Source: Corallochytrium limacisporum Hawaii (Eukaryota > Protista > Pluriformea). Taken from it: a DNA stretch of 64,000 bases. A program made the translations under genes and the position numbers. How positions within the stretch are numbered: the stretch's first letter is position 1; each line of letters starts with the position of its first letter. Below the pieces are notes generated by a model. The model was not told where the DNA came from. It ran no database searches and worked only from the letters and a program-made list of their open reading frames with translations. Of this stretch, positions 20,323-31,666 are shown piece by piece. Where the stretch lies: positions 1-64,000 of the forward strand of contig PDIP01000069.1 in NCBI GenBank assembly GCA_002811645.1, given 5' to 3'.

Positions 20323-23300
20323 TCACTCGGCTCCCAACGACTCCAAGAATTTGTCCATGTCATACTCCTCGCGGTAGGCCTGATGCGATTTCTCCATAGC
20401 TATGTCCATGCGAGCCATGATTTCCTTTAGTGTCTCTTGTCGGCCGGAATCCTCACCACCACTGCCACCGGTGCCGGACGATGCCGATGCCTGAGCAAGG
20501 GCCGCTTCGTCGACGTTGAAGAGATCGAGCATGTCTTTGGTGTCCATGTCCTGTAGCGAGGCCGTGTCTCCTATGACCCGGTCGCTCATGTACTTCTTGA
20601 ACTTTTGGAAGCTCATCACGCGTTTTTCGATCGAACTGCGAGTGATGAGACGGTAGACGTTCACAGTGCGCTTCTGTCCGATACGATGTGCACGGTCCAT
20701 GGCCTGAATGTCCACGCTCGGGTTCCAGCTATGCTCGTAGAAAATGACTGTATCTGCAGCCGTCAGGTTCAGGCCAAGGCCACCAACCTTAGTGGTTAGG
20801 AGCAGCAGGTCAATTGTTGGATCCCTGTTGAAAGTGTCAACAATCGGCTGCCGGTCCTCGGGTTTGACATTGCCGTCGAGGCGTAGGTAGCTCACTGATG
20901 GCATGTGGGCCTTGAGCAGATACTTCTCTACAATATCAATCATCTCCTTATGGTGGAAGAAAATTAGGCCACGGTGGTTGGAGATGACCGTACCCGTGCC
21001 ACCAGAAGCAAAGTCTTCGTCCCCATTGTTTGCGGTGGCGCTGTCATCAGTTCCAATTCCACAGTCCAGGAGCAGCTGCTTCAGCGATAGCAGTTTTGGA
21101 GCGCACTGCAGTTGGTAGAGGTCCGCGTGATTAATTCCCTGGGCTTTGAGCAAGTCCTGGTAAGTTGCCCACTGCTTCTCGAGCACCAATAGAGGATGCT
21201 GAGTTATGCGCAACATATGCCGCAAGGCATTGAAGGCCTCACCCTTTGGTGGTGCCTCCTCTGACATCATCCTCTGCTGTTGTTTCTTGGCGTAGGCTGT
21301 GTAGAGGAGGCGTTGCACCTCACTCATGTCGCAGTGCACGTCCTGGATGATCTTGGGTGGAAGATCGTTGAGGACATCCTCTTTCATGCGACGAAGCACA
21401 AACGGCGCGATCTGCCGGTGTAGGGCATCCATGGCCTGCTGACCTGCCTCCTGCTCAACCTCGCTAGCTTTGGCATCACGTGCCTGTACAATAATGCGAC
21501 CATATTGTGATTCGAATTGTTGTCGGCTGCCCAAAAAGTTTGGCATCAGATAGTCGAAAAGGGACCACAAATCGAGTACATTATTTTGCACTGGCGTACC
21601 CGATAGAATCAAACGATTTAGAGCACGTATCTGCTTCACTGCAATCGACGTCTTGGACTTGGAATTGCGAATTATGTGTCCTTCATCCAGGACAGCATAA
21701 GTGAACTCAAACTTCTGCAGCCATTCAATGTCATTGCGTACGATGTCGTAGGTGCTGATGATCACGTCGTGGTCGTATATCGGTTCACGCAAACGCGTCG
21801 CGCGGATCGAGGACGGTCCCACGTACTGATAGGCCTTCAGGTACGGACAGAACTTCTCAATCTCATTTTGCCAGTGTGCAGTGAGAGTGGGAGGGCAAAC
21901 GACGATGGATAGCGCCTTGCGACCCGCGTCCGCGTTCTCCTTATGGATAGCAGCCATTATGCAAATAGTCTGCAGGGTCTTGCCCAGACCCATGTCATCA
22001 CAGAGGATGCCATGTAATTTGTACCGGCGCAAGAAATCGAGCCAGTTGACACCTTCCTGCTGATATCGACGTAGCTCCGCATTGATCTGCACAGGTGGAA
22101 CAAAGTCTGGAATCTTCGAAGTATCCCTGAGCTGATCAATAAAGGCGTGTTCTGTGCGCTTACGTTCTTTCATGGCTTCAGTCATGCCATCGGGCTCCTC
22201 GCCGCTGTCCAAGGGCATGAGATTGACCAAATGTGCAAACGTTCGAGTAGCAAGTTTTCGCACTTCGTCAGTGGGATCGCTCATGCGGCCCAGCACCGGC
22301 ACAAGGAAGAAAACAATGAAGGGCACAATACTCAGTCCGATCTTCTCCACCAAGAAGAAGATGGCCTCCATGATGCCCTGGCGACGCTGTACTGAGTTGG
22401 GATCGCTTAATCCTGGCAAGAGATCCTGAACCATCCACTCGACATTGCGTACCAGGTCGATGCGGGACACTTCAGCAGCCACGCGACCGGACATATGCCG
22501 CACAGACATGAGACGGTGCTCGATACCCTGGCGCAGAAAACGCTTCAGATTCAACACTTCTGAATGCAGTTCCTGAGGCAGGTATGGAATAAGAATCTCC
22601 AGAATCTGCATACCGTCGATTAGCGGCTGGGCCTCTTCCAGGAGCAGGTCACCCGATGGCTCCCACAGCGACCCTAAACCCGCACGCATCATGAGACTCT
22701 CCAGTGCAATGTTCCGGAGATCCGGCAGTTCTGCCCAAAGTTTGTCCATAAAATGACTAGGCAGCGCAGTCAGGCACAGTTCAGAACCCCGTCGCTGTAG
22801 CATAGTGTTCCGCTGGCTTTCCGCTGTCTTTTGCTGCTTCTCCAGGCTCTCTTCTTGCTGTGTATCGACCTCCATAACTTCACCAAGTTCGCCATCAACT
22901 CCGGCGTTCCCGCGACGTTTTCGATCGCGCTTCTTGGATGCCAATGCAGCAGCCTCCTGAGCGGTGGCAACGTCAATGAGCCGCTGGACGCGGATGCCAT
23001 TTTCAATGTCTTGCGGTTGTGTCGTGGCCTGTTTCTGTTGCTGCCCGGGCATGACCACAGACTTGTCTGCGACAAGCGGTGTTTGCGAGCGATCACCACA
23101 GGCATCCTGGGCCAGGAAGGAGATGAGCTTACCATTGGGGCACCGCTGGCGTGGCACCAGAGGCTTCATCAAATGCGCCATAGCATCGCCGAAGCGGGCC
23201 TGCAAAATGAAATTCTCATCGTGTCGCACAGCACGCTTCAGGGACTTGATCAGTGGAGTAATCTTTTCGGGAAGATGGGCACTGTACACAATACAGGTAA

Positions 23301-26079
23301 CCAGCAGGGCGCTTTGCGTGTGCAACATGCGATCGCTTTCCGAAGAGATAAATCCAATGATGGATAGCAGAGTCAATCGGCTGCGCGTTATTTCAGCCCG
23401 AGCAGCCCGCATGCCGTTTGCAGGCAACATTTCCATCCAAGTGTCGTGGACTGTAGTAGCCAAAGCTGTGGCGTCTTCCACAGAGAACGTCTGCGGGTTT
23501 CCATATCGCTGAAGGGCCGTATCACTGAGACCAGCCTTGCGGAAATTGACCATGAGTAGTTGGCAATCGTTGCGCATCTTGCGGATCAGATTGCCAAACT
23601 CTGGTGTCGTGTTAACATGGTCTTGCACGCTTCCGCTGCTTTCGATCTCAGTGATGCGTGAGAGAATAAAGCTGTGCATATTAGCTGGGAAGTTGTCCGG
23701 GCTGATGGTTTTGGCAGCGTAGAAGCTCTTAGCGACCTCACTCAGGAAGATAGCTGCCACTTCCTGGCTAACCGCACTCGGCGACTGCAGAAGGTCATAT
23801 ACTATAGTTTCCGTCAGGTCATAACCCGAGCTTGGCCATCCCGTCATCATGTGCGCCAGTGCTGCAGACACTGAGGTCACACGCAATGCCCGCTCTTGCA
23901 TGTTCAAAGGCATCTGGAAAGATATTGTCTGGGACGAAAATTTGCGGTTGTCGCCAGAATTCTCTGTATCTTTCTTACGGCGCTTCTTGGGCTTTTGGTC
24001 ATCGTCGCTCTCATCTTCCTTCTTGACGTCACTATCCTTGGTTCGAACTACCGGATCTGCATGCCGCTGCTCACGCAGAATATCAAGCTTAGTGTTGTCA
24101 TACGTACCTCCCGGGGGTGTGCTCAAAAGCAGCAGCCAGCGCCTGATGTTTTGCCGGACTCCATTCTGCAGACAATCAATATCGCAAATTATCTTAATAT
24201 TGCGCCATACCTGCTCCGCTTCATTGTAAATCTCGTCGTCGGCTTCAAGTAGCAGGCACTGGAAGACATGATTAAGCAGATCTACCACATGATCATTGTA
24301 CCACGCAGTGAATAAAGAAGAATCCACTCCTTCGGAGATACCAGGCTTGACATCTTCGTTGCCGTCTTCCGACTTCAAACCAGCATTTTCTAGGTTGAGG
24401 TTGACGATACGGCTGAGTGTCTTGATGGCCGCCTTTCGTACCTCTGATGAAGAATGACGCAGAAATGGGTAAATGCGCGGTAGTAGTGAGCTCAAATTAT
24501 TGTCAGTTTTGTGTTCTTTGGTCTGGTAGTATTTGACAATGAATTCAGCCAGGACACGCATTGAGGCTGCTGTGCTCACGGTCAGTTCGTCAAGATTGTC
24601 CAGCGTATCCCAAAGTGTGGCCACAACCCGCTCTGTGGTATAACTGTCGTCAATAATGCCATCGACTAAGTACCGCATTGCGTCCGCCACAACAGTCCGT
24701 ACATCGTCATCGTCGTCCAGTAGCCGCCTCTCCAGAGTAGCCATAGAAATCTCAATCATCTTTGTGCGCAGCTCTGTCTTAGCACCTTTGGCATCCTCTT
24801 CCTTCTCGGCAAGCTGCGCCTTTACGGCAAAGACGTACTTCAATCCCAGAGCGCCCCCGTGGCGGGCATCCCAGTCTTCCCGTGAAAGGAGAGTTGTCAA
24901 GTGGCGCACTACCAAGAGGATGAGGTCATCATCCAAATATTTGGATATTACTCCGAGGAGCTGACCTGCAGTCTCACGAACAGGTGCTACGGCCAAGTCA
25001 CTAACATAGTCTCCAAACTGATCTAGTGCCAGCACACATACCACTCGCATGCAGACATCCTCTAACCAAATTTGTGTCGCGCGTTGCAGCCACTTTTTTG
25101 GAATATCGGCCATTTGACCTGCGGTAACACCATGCTTTCGCACAATGCTTCGCAGAGATGCGGCACAACTGTGACGAATTTCCCAATTTTTGTGGAACAG
25201 TTGGTGGCATAGCAGCTCTGTGAATCCCATAAATGGCCAGTCATCAACGTCGCTGAAGACAATAGTGCTGTCAGATCCGTCCTCGTACTTTACAGTCGCT
25301 GCTCCGCCCACAGCACCAGAGCCGTCGTCCTTACCTGAATCCTTGCTAATGGCACCAAAGGCGCTTTCCAGTTCACTGCGAACTTTCTTCTTTTTCTGTG
25401 CCCGCCGGGCCATGTGCCGCTGGCGGATGCTCATGCGATCTTCAGTGTCCTTAGTCATGGCGCTCTCGAGGTCCTCCAAGTTCTTTCCACCTTTCTTAAA
25501 TGCGGTACCCGCCGTCTCCTGCGCCATTTTGATATCCTCCTCGGTGGCAATGCTGTCAATGTTAACAAACCGTGACAGATGTTTCATTTCCTTGTCTTCA
25601 GACTTTAGACCCAGCCGCTCGAGCAGAATCTCTCGCTGCTGCTTCATGCGCTCTTCGTCTTTAAGTTCACCCGATACCACCTCATAGGCCACGCCACCAG
25701 ATGCCAAGAGCGGCTTGGCATTGGCTAGTATGGCCTCCAGATCAATGTCTGTTGCACTCAGTTTCCCAGCTGATAGGAGAGCCAAGACATCCGCATCAGA
25801 CTCTATTGCCGTCCCAGAATCGCTCTCCTGCTTAACATCGCTTCCACTGGTGGTCCATACCGGTACGGCCTTGGCAATAGCATCAACCGCCTGAATGGCT
25901 GCGGCTCTAGTCTCCTGTTTGGGTGATCCGAGATATCCCTGTACCCGGAGCAGCAGGTTCTGTGCATCGTAGGGAGATTGGCGCGCAATCTCACCGATTT
26001 GATCCGCTGCTGCCTTTCGTGTGCTAGCATTAGACCCGCTGTCTAAGAGGCCTAGTAATTTGTCTAAACGTGTGCTCAT
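20323..26079 (-). CDS. BTAF1: TBP-associated SNF2 ATPase BTAF1/Mot1, 1918 aa
   Basis: N-terminal MSTRLDKLLGLLDSGS and HEAT region (DQFGDYVSD..VAPVRET); SNF2 motifs GILCDDMGLGKTLQ, LDEGH, LSGTPVQNN, LLLTTKVGGLGLNLT, QAMDRAHRIGQ. Confidence 0.97.
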   Translation of the reverse strand: MSTRLDKLLGLLDSGSNASTRKAAADQIGEIARQSPYDAQNLLLRVQGYLGSPKQETRAAAIQAVDAIAKAVPVWTTSGSDVKQESDSGTAIESDADVLALLSAGKLSATDIDLEAILANAKPLLASGGVAYEVVSGELKDEERMKQQREILLERLGLKSEDKEMKHLSRFVNIDSIATEEDIKMAQETAGTAFKKGGKNLEDLESAMTKDTEDRMSIRQRHMARRAQKKKKVRSELESAFGAISKDSGKDDGSGAVGGAATVKYEDGSDSTIVFSDVDDWPFMGFTELLCHQLFHKNWEIRHSCAASLRSIVRKHGVTAGQMADIPKKWLQRATQIWLEDVCMRVVCVLALDQFGDYVSDLAVAPVRETAGQLLGVISKYLDDDLILLVVRHLTTLLSREDWDARHGGALGLKYVFAVKAQLAEKEEDAKGAKTELRTKMIEISMATLERRLLDDDDDVRTVVADAMRYLVDGIIDDSYTTERVVATLWDTLDNLDELTVSTAASMRVLAEFIVKYYQTKEHKTDNNLSSLLPRIYPFLRHSSSEVRKAAIKTLSRIVNLNLENAGLKSEDGNEDVKPGISEGVDSSLFTAWYNDHVVDLLNHVFQCLLLEADDEIYNEAEQVWRNIKIICDIDCLQNGVRQNIRRWLLLLSTPPGGTYDNTKLDILREQRHADPVVRTKDSDVKKEDESDDDQKPKKRRKKDTENSGDNRKFSSQTISFQMPLNMQERALRVTSVSAALAHMMTGWPSSGYDLTETIVYDLLQSPSAVSQEVAAIFLSEVAKSFYAAKTISPDNFPANMHSFILSRITEIESSGSVQDHVNTTPEFGNLIRKMRNDCQLLMVNFRKAGLSDTALQRYGNPQTFSVEDATALATTVHDTWMEMLPANGMRAARAEITRSRLTLLSIIGFISSESDRMLHTQSALLVTCIVYSAHLPEKITPLIKSLKRAVRHDENFILQARFGDAMAHLMKPLVPRQRCPNGKLISFLAQDACGDRSQTPLVADKSVVMPGQQQKQATTQPQDIENGIRVQRLIDVATAQEAAALASKKRDRKRRGNAGVDGELGEVMEVDTQQEESLEKQQKTAESQRNTMLQRRGSELCLTALPSHFMDKLWAELPDLRNIALESLMMRAGLGSLWEPSGDLLLEEAQPLIDGMQILEILIPYLPQELHSEVLNLKRFLRQGIEHRLMSVRHMSGRVAAEVSRIDLVRNVEWMVQDLLPGLSDPNSVQRRQGIMEAIFFLVEKIGLSIVPFIVFFLVPVLGRMSDPTDEVRKLATRTFAHLVNLMPLDSGEEPDGMTEAMKERKRTEHAFIDQLRDTSKIPDFVPPVQINAELRRYQQEGVNWLDFLRRYKLHGILCDDMGLGKTLQTICIMAAIHKENADAGRKALSIVVCPPTLTAHWQNEIEKFCPYLKAYQYVGPSSIRATRLREPIYDHDVIISTYDIVRNDIEWLQKFEFTYAVLDEGHIIRNSKSKTSIAVKQIRALNRLILSGTPVQNNVLDLWSLFDYLMPNFLGSRQQFESQYGRIIVQARDAKASEVEQEAGQQAMDALHRQIAPFVLRRMKEDVLNDLPPKIIQDVHCDMSEVQRLLYTAYAKKQQQRMMSEEAPPKGEAFNALRHMLRITQHPLLVLEKQWATYQDLLKAQGINHADLYQLQCAPKLLSLKQLLLDCGIGTDDSATANNGDEDFASGGTGTVISNHRGLIFFHHKEMIDIVEKYLLKAHMPSVSYLRLDGNVKPEDRQPIVDTFNRDPTIDLLLLTTKVGGLGLNLTAADTVIFYEHSWNPSVDIQAMDRAHRIGQKRTVNVYRLITRSSIEKRVMSFQKFKKYMSDRVIGDTASLQDMDTKDMLDLFNVDEAALAQASASSGTGGSGGEDSGRQETLKEIMARMDIAMEKSHQAYREEYDMDKFLESLGAE

Positions 26080-26724
26080 AGTTCCACGTCTGTCTTATCT
26101 CTTTCTTCACGCGACTACTTTCCATGCCATGGTGGTCTCCTTACTATTTCAGTGTCATGGATAATTTTAAAATAACTCTAGTGATACTCACAAAGCCTTA
26201 GGGCCTCGATCGTTTGTGCCGACATTAACACGTCGTAGCGGGTTTTCTTTATATTGTTCTTTTCCAAGGATATTTGTCTTTGACATAGGTGCGCATTGTT
26301 CGTGAAACAAACCCCAATGCCATAGACACACTAAACTCCTGCGATACCCCAAAACCCGGCTAAGTGAGACAGTGCCAGTCTGCAGTGCTTTATGAGTGGG
26401 AACGAAGCAATGCGCTCCGTCGCTCCTTCCCCCCTCCCTCCTTTCCTCGGTCCGTGCGCGGGTGGGCCCCGAACTTTAAGGCCGGTAGAAAAAAATCAGC
26501 GGCCGATAGAACAACACAAAGGCAAAATTCGGTGATAAGGGACTTTGACAAGGTGGAGACGCGACGTTGCCTCGCGTGGGCATTTAATTTGGTAACTGTG
26601 GGAGTATGGAATTGAGGATCGGACCAGATCTGCAGGAGGGGAGGAGGTCCCAAGAATCGTTTTTATTGTTTCCAGAGCATGGGATTGGCTGTGCTTGGAC
26701 TATTACGGGCGGGTCATCAGTGCC

Positions 26725-27879
26725 CTATACAATGAACGAATGCTCGTCACTATTGCTTAGCATAATGGTAATGATGCCAAGCGGGAGCAGCACGGTGGTG
26801 AGTATGTTCATGACAATATTTACCAAGTCGTTTGTGAGGAAGTCCAGACCGGTGCTGTACTTGATGGGTTCGTGTTTGGATGGATCCCGGCGAAGTTGCT
26901 CCGCAGTGATGACCCGCCCGCGGATATCTATGATGGAGCGCTGAAAGATGGCACCAAGGACACTGTCTAACACTGAACCCATCAGACCGGCCAGGCTTGC
27001 AAAAATCAAAATAAACGAAAAATAATAGACCTGATTGTGAAAGAAGGAGTCCTTGGCGGGCACGGTACTGATCAAGTTGTATCCGTCGCGCTGTGGAGGA
27101 TGGCTGTGGATGTACACCCAGTCGTGTTCACCGAATGCACTGGTCACAAGAGAAGTGATTGCGAATACCAGACCTATTGCAAATCCACCCCCGACAGAAG
27201 CCATGAGACCCTCAACCGACACAGCTCCGTTCACACCGCGGGGCACGTGCTCCAAGAACAATACATGCCACGGGTTCTTGCCCAGGGCAGAACCGATTTC
27301 GGACGCCCACGTATCTGCACATGCCGCAGACAGTGAGGCCAAGATACCTCCAAGGATTTGCCATGCGCTCACAGCCTGGGACGTCTTTGTCTGATACACT
27401 GAGGGGAACGGCATGACATCCACCGTCCCAAAGTGAACCAGGCCGAGGAAGCTGAGCAGGGCAGCGGGGCCTCCATTGCACCAGACTTGCAGAGCGTTAC
27501 GTCCACCTTCGCTACCACTCGCCCGTTCTTCTTCAAACTGTGCCTTAATATCACTCTTCCACCGGGTCAGTCGACTACTGGAAAGGAAGAAGAACAGCAG
27601 TGCCAGGCTCCCAGAGTAACTGAAGGCACAGATCGGGAGCCCCACGCTGACCGCTGCAAGCAACCCGGTATTGTCTAGTGACTTACGCTTGATTGACCTT
27701 GTGATCATGAGCGTTAGCACTGCTGCTGTGTATAACAGGCGGTACCCAGAACCTGACGCCGCCCAGAACCGCGCTGTCCGTGATCGATCTAAAAACAGCA
27801 CGAAGATTGTCATCCCCAAAAGGACAACAGAGGCTAATGTAGCACTTTTTTGTAGCAGCCCACTGTCTATTGAACTCAT
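26725..27879 (-). CDS. TMEM19: TMEM19/DUF92 membrane protein, 384 aa
   Basis: KSLDNTG, FFFLSSSRLTRWK, GGRNALQVWCNG, ADTWASEIG, VPRGVNGAVSVEG, GSVLDSVLGAIFQ, LTNDLVN. Confidence 0.93.
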   Translation of the reverse strand: MSSIDSGLLQKSATLASVVLLGMTIFVLFLDRSRTARFWAASGSGYRLLYTAAVLTLMITRSIKRKSLDNTGLLAAVSVGLPICAFSYSGSLALLFFFLSSSRLTRWKSDIKAQFEEERASGSEGGRNALQVWCNGGPAALLSFLGLVHFGTVDVMPFPSVYQTKTSQAVSAWQILGGILASLSAACADTWASEIGSALGKNPWHVLFLEHVPRGVNGAVSVEGLMASVGGGFAIGLVFAITSLVTSAFGEHDWVYIHSHPPQRDGYNLISTVPAKDSFFHNQVYYFSFILIFASLAGLMGSVLDSVLGAIFQRSIIDIRGRVITAEQLRRDPSKHEPIKYSTGLDFLTNDLVNIVMNILTTVLLPLGIITIMLSNSDEHSFIV

Positions 27880-28678
27880 GTTTTGTAGGGTGTTCTACAC
27901 TTGACTAAAAACGCACATCACACAAAGCTTTTAAGCATTCGCTAGCATGCTAATTCTCTTGCAAACACCCGGTGCCACCATGCTTAGTTCTTGAAATAGC
28001 CCGTGCGGTTCTCCTCAAGTCCCTACGTGGTATTGATTCGTAGGCCACAATCTACGAATCGGATCCATCAAATTACGGTGAATCCGGGGAGGGGGCAGCG
28101 TTGCAAAGCTTAGGCTCTTCGCAATATGCTCTGCTGATCGATCGATTCACACATTATTTCGCACTTCGAAACCCCCCTCAATTCCGCTGGTTCACTCATT
28201 ACTACTTTAATGGACTTCAAAGTTCCCATTCAACACATTTGCTACCGCAACACAAGGTTCCCGGGACCCGCCCTTCTCGACAGAGCCTTACTGGGGAGAG
28301 GGGTCCTGTGCGCGTTCGGATGTCGAGCTGATGGATGGGGGAAGGGTTGATCATCGGCAGCTATTAGTGACTGAGAGTTCACGCGAACAGAAGGATCATG
28401 CCAGCCGAACTACTTGTGCACGTACGAGCATCTTCATCGAGAAATAGCAGGTCTTAGAAATAGTTCGAAGGAATGCAAAAGCAACAAACAAGCAACCGTA
28501 CTGCAAACGATAGGAAAGATAGCAGCCTTTCGGGACATTCTCGCAGACAACCCTTAAAACAACGAGATTTTGTTGGCGTCACGTAAGAGGTACTCTTCGA
28601 TACTTGAATGGTGATTTGACCGCTTGTTATCTATTAGTGAGACTTATGCTATGTACATTATCTGCAATGATTGGTGAT

Positions 28679-31666
28679 TTAGCGACGCTTCGGTACATAC
28701 ACTTCACCAAACTTGGCCATGTAGTCTGTGATGAACTTGTGCACATTACCCTTGTGCTTGGCCTCGAATCCCCAGGAGTGCTTGTACTCACGATCTGCGC
28801 TGGCTTTACTCTCCGCCTTTTTGTGCTCCTTGAGCACGATCATATGCGTCATTTTGCGCGCGAGGAATTTGAAGTCCTCCTTAGACTCAATTCGTCCAGT
28901 TATACATGTTTCCTTGCGGTATTTCGACAGGTAGCGAATGACTTCCTGCGACACTGACTCTTTAAACTTGCCGGCACGGGGTTCAGAGCTGAGGAGACGT
29001 CTGACAGCATCTTCGTCGCCGCCCCCGCCGCTGACTCCACCACCACCACTGCTCCGGGACTTAGATACCTCCTTTGACAACGATGACAATCTGCCGCCAC
29101 CCCCATTCTGCTGCTTTGACGAGGTTCCGGCCGTGAGCACGGCGTAGCCGTACTCCCGCGACTTGCCACCACCACCACCACCACTCATAGATCGTCGTTT
29201 GCGTCGCTTGGCATCTGGCAGCCGTTGATCGGCATCAGGATCTTGAATGGGCTGTCCTTGTGCCTGTCGGAGGACTCTGGTTGGATCAATGACGAAAGCA
29301 CGCTTTTTGCGCTCCTCTTCATCCTCTTCGTCAGCGTAGTCCATTCGTCCGTGCCCTGAGGCCAGCTGCTGTGATGCTATTGTTGACGGGTGATGGTAAG
29401 CCCCACCTCCACGACGATCCTTATCTCTGTCTCTGCTACGATCGTGATCTCTGCGGTCATCCCTGCTGCGGTCACGGTCCCTGCCACCATTACCATTGTG
29501 CGGTCGGTTCCATGACGTTTCGCGTGTGTCTGGGTTCCAATAGTACGGCCGTCCGTCGGCGTCGTGTGCAACTTGCCAAGGCTCAGGCAAGGGACTGTCG
29601 TCCCTACTTCTTTCCCTGCCACGTTCTCGGTCTCGATCCCTGTCACGGTCTCGGTCCCGAATGTCCTCAGACATCGGGGACCGTCCATCGCCACCACCCC
29701 CGCTCTTGCGCGACGCTCCAGGGCTACTGCGTTCGCCGTCGCGATCCCCGCCGCTCCGGAAATTGTCGCGGCCACGACTGTCCGAACGGTCTGTGAAATT
29801 ACCGGCATTGCGGTCCAGCGGTATTTCATCATCCTCTTCCTCTTCCCCGTCCACATCCATAGAATCATCGACTTTGGTTTTCTTCGGAATCCGGAATTCC
29901 TGTGTCAGTTTCTCCCATTTTTCATAGAGAGTGCGAGCAGTGTCACGCAGATTCTCTATTGTATCTTCCTGCTTTTCGTGATCCCCTTTGGAAGTCAATG
30001 TATCTTCTACTGCTCGGGCAGTCTCCTCTTCTTTCTTGATCTTTTCACTCGCAGGGATCATCTGGCCATTCTTATCGAGGATCTTGGCAATGCAACCCAC
30101 TACTTTGTATAGATTAGTCGACGTCACAATGTTGCGATTCGGAAACACCATTTTGTTGAGGACCTTCAACATGTACAGGTAGAAAGCAATGTCGTCCGGT
30201 ACCACGGGCAGGACATCGTCCTCTTCAAGGTCCTCGTCATCCTCTTCCTTCGCCTCAGTCTTCGGTTCAGTCCCTGAAGCAGACTCATCCTTGAGGTCAT
30301 CCTTGGAGCCACCAGCAGATGCAGTGGTACCGCTGGTAGTAGCAGCATGGGACTCCACCATCTTCAATTCCCCTTCCATGTTGCTCAGCCAAATGGCCAG
30401 AGTGGTCAAAGCCTGCTTAGTCTTGAAGAACTCAAACATGAGCGATTCGGCCAGGCTCGGACTGATTCCTGACGTGTTCAAGGGGTCTTCTGCTCCATCT
30501 GATGCTCCATCCTGTTCTTGGTCTTCTTCTCGCGTTCCGAGTTCTTCACTATCACTATCTTCATCATCGTCCGCAATGACCGACTTCTTCTGTGTTTTTG
30601 ACTTAGATGATGCTGACATGGTACCCTCTGTCTTGTGCGCTCCTCCATTCCGATCACTGCCCGTATGCATGGCATCCAGAGTGTTCTCCAAAATGGGGAG
30701 CAGAGTGCTCAGTTCATCCGCCAGAGTTGTCTGGCACAGCAGACGCGCAAACCTTTGCATATTCTCTTTGGTACTGATGGCATGACTCTCATTCACAATC
30801 TGTGCAATTTTGTCATCGAATGGCAGCAGCTCATACTCGCCTTGGTACTTCCGACCACCCCGCGACCCCACACCAGTTTTTGTGCGAATACCACCGACCT
30901 CTTTGGTCTCTTCGCCGCCAATAATTCCTCTACAGTTACTGCTTCCACAGTAGCACTTCTGGGCTTCACTGCCATAGCGCTCAAATTGGTAGTCGAAGCA
31001 AAGTTCGTCGCCGTTCTTCACAGTTCGCGTAGTGAAGAGGCCGATACGGAGCCGTCCATTCACCATCCACTTCTGAGTCACTGCGTTGGGGTCGCAGGAA
31101 TGATTCAAGAAGCGGGCGGTACCACCCTTCTTTGTTGCATCAATGATTTGTTCGTTGTTCAAAGTCATGAAATAGAAATGCGGCAATTGTTCCTCGTGGT
31201 ATTTCAGCACGCGCTTCTGGAATTCTAGGTGGTCAATCACTTCACCCACGTACTCGAGAATGAACGCGTTCGCATCCAGATCTTCGCGGGTTACCAGACC
31301 CATGCCCTTCTTTTCCGTTTGTATGACTTCCGTGTTGGCGTATTCTTTGCGTTGGAATCGTTGATTGCGGCAGTGCTTGCCCAGGGGACATGACTCCGGG
31401 TCACATTCGATAAACATATGGCGATTCAGACATAGTTCCCCACAGTGGTCTTCTGGATCTCCTGTGTACGTACATTCGCAGACCAATGTCTCGTTCTTCT
31501 TCTTTTTCTTCCTTGTAGCAGACTTCTTGTCCTTGGGTTTGAGGTAGATGTTCCCATCGATTTCAGCAAAAGCTACTGTTCCCAATCGGTTCTCACCTAT
31601 AACCTTTCCATTGCCACTGTCGCCATCGTAGGCGCGTGCTAGCGCAGCCTTTTCTATTGATGGCAT
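28679..31666 (-). CDS. SETD2: Histone H3K36 methyltransferase SETD2/Set2 (AWS-SET-postSET, WW, SRI), 995 aa
   Basis: CLNRHMFIEC, CRNQRFQ, RFLNHSCDPN, ELCFDYQFERYG, CYCGSSNCRG; WW (LPEPWQ...GRPYYWN..TRETSW.RP); SRI (GRIESKEDFKFLARKMTH). Confidence 0.96.
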   Translation of the reverse strand: MPSIEKAALARAYDGDSGNGKVIGENRLGTVAFAEIDGNIYLKPKDKKSATRKKKKKNETLVCECTYTGDPEDHCGELCLNRHMFIECDPESCPLGKHCRNQRFQRKEYANTEVIQTEKKGMGLVTREDLDANAFILEYVGEVIDHLEFQKRVLKYHEEQLPHFYFMTLNNEQIIDATKKGGTARFLNHSCDPNAVTQKWMVNGRLRIGLFTTRTVKNGDELCFDYQFERYGSEAQKCYCGSSNCRGIIGGEETKEVGGIRTKTGVGSRGGRKYQGEYELLPFDDKIAQIVNESHAISTKENMQRFARLLCQTTLADELSTLLPILENTLDAMHTGSDRNGGAHKTEGTMSASSKSKTQKKSVIADDDEDSDSEELGTREEDQEQDGASDGAEDPLNTSGISPSLAESLMFEFFKTKQALTTLAIWLSNMEGELKMVESHAATTSGTTASAGGSKDDLKDESASGTEPKTEAKEEDDEDLEEDDVLPVVPDDIAFYLYMLKVLNKMVFPNRNIVTSTNLYKVVGCIAKILDKNGQMIPASEKIKKEEETARAVEDTLTSKGDHEKQEDTIENLRDTARTLYEKWEKLTQEFRIPKKTKVDDSMDVDGEEEEDDEIPLDRNAGNFTDRSDSRGRDNFRSGGDRDGERSSPGASRKSGGGGDGRSPMSEDIRDRDRDRDRDRERGRERSRDDSPLPEPWQVAHDADGRPYYWNPDTRETSWNRPHNGNGGRDRDRSRDDRRDHDRSRDRDKDRRGGGAYHHPSTIASQQLASGHGRMDYADEEDEEERKKRAFVIDPTRVLRQAQGQPIQDPDADQRLPDAKRRKRRSMSGGGGGGKSREYGYAVLTAGTSSKQQNGGGGRLSSLSKEVSKSRSSGGGGVSGGGGDEDAVRRLLSSEPRAGKFKESVSQEVIRYLSKYRKETCITGRIESKEDFKFLARKMTHMIVLKEHKKAESKASADREYKHSWGFEAKHKGNVHKFITDYMAKFGEVYVPKRR

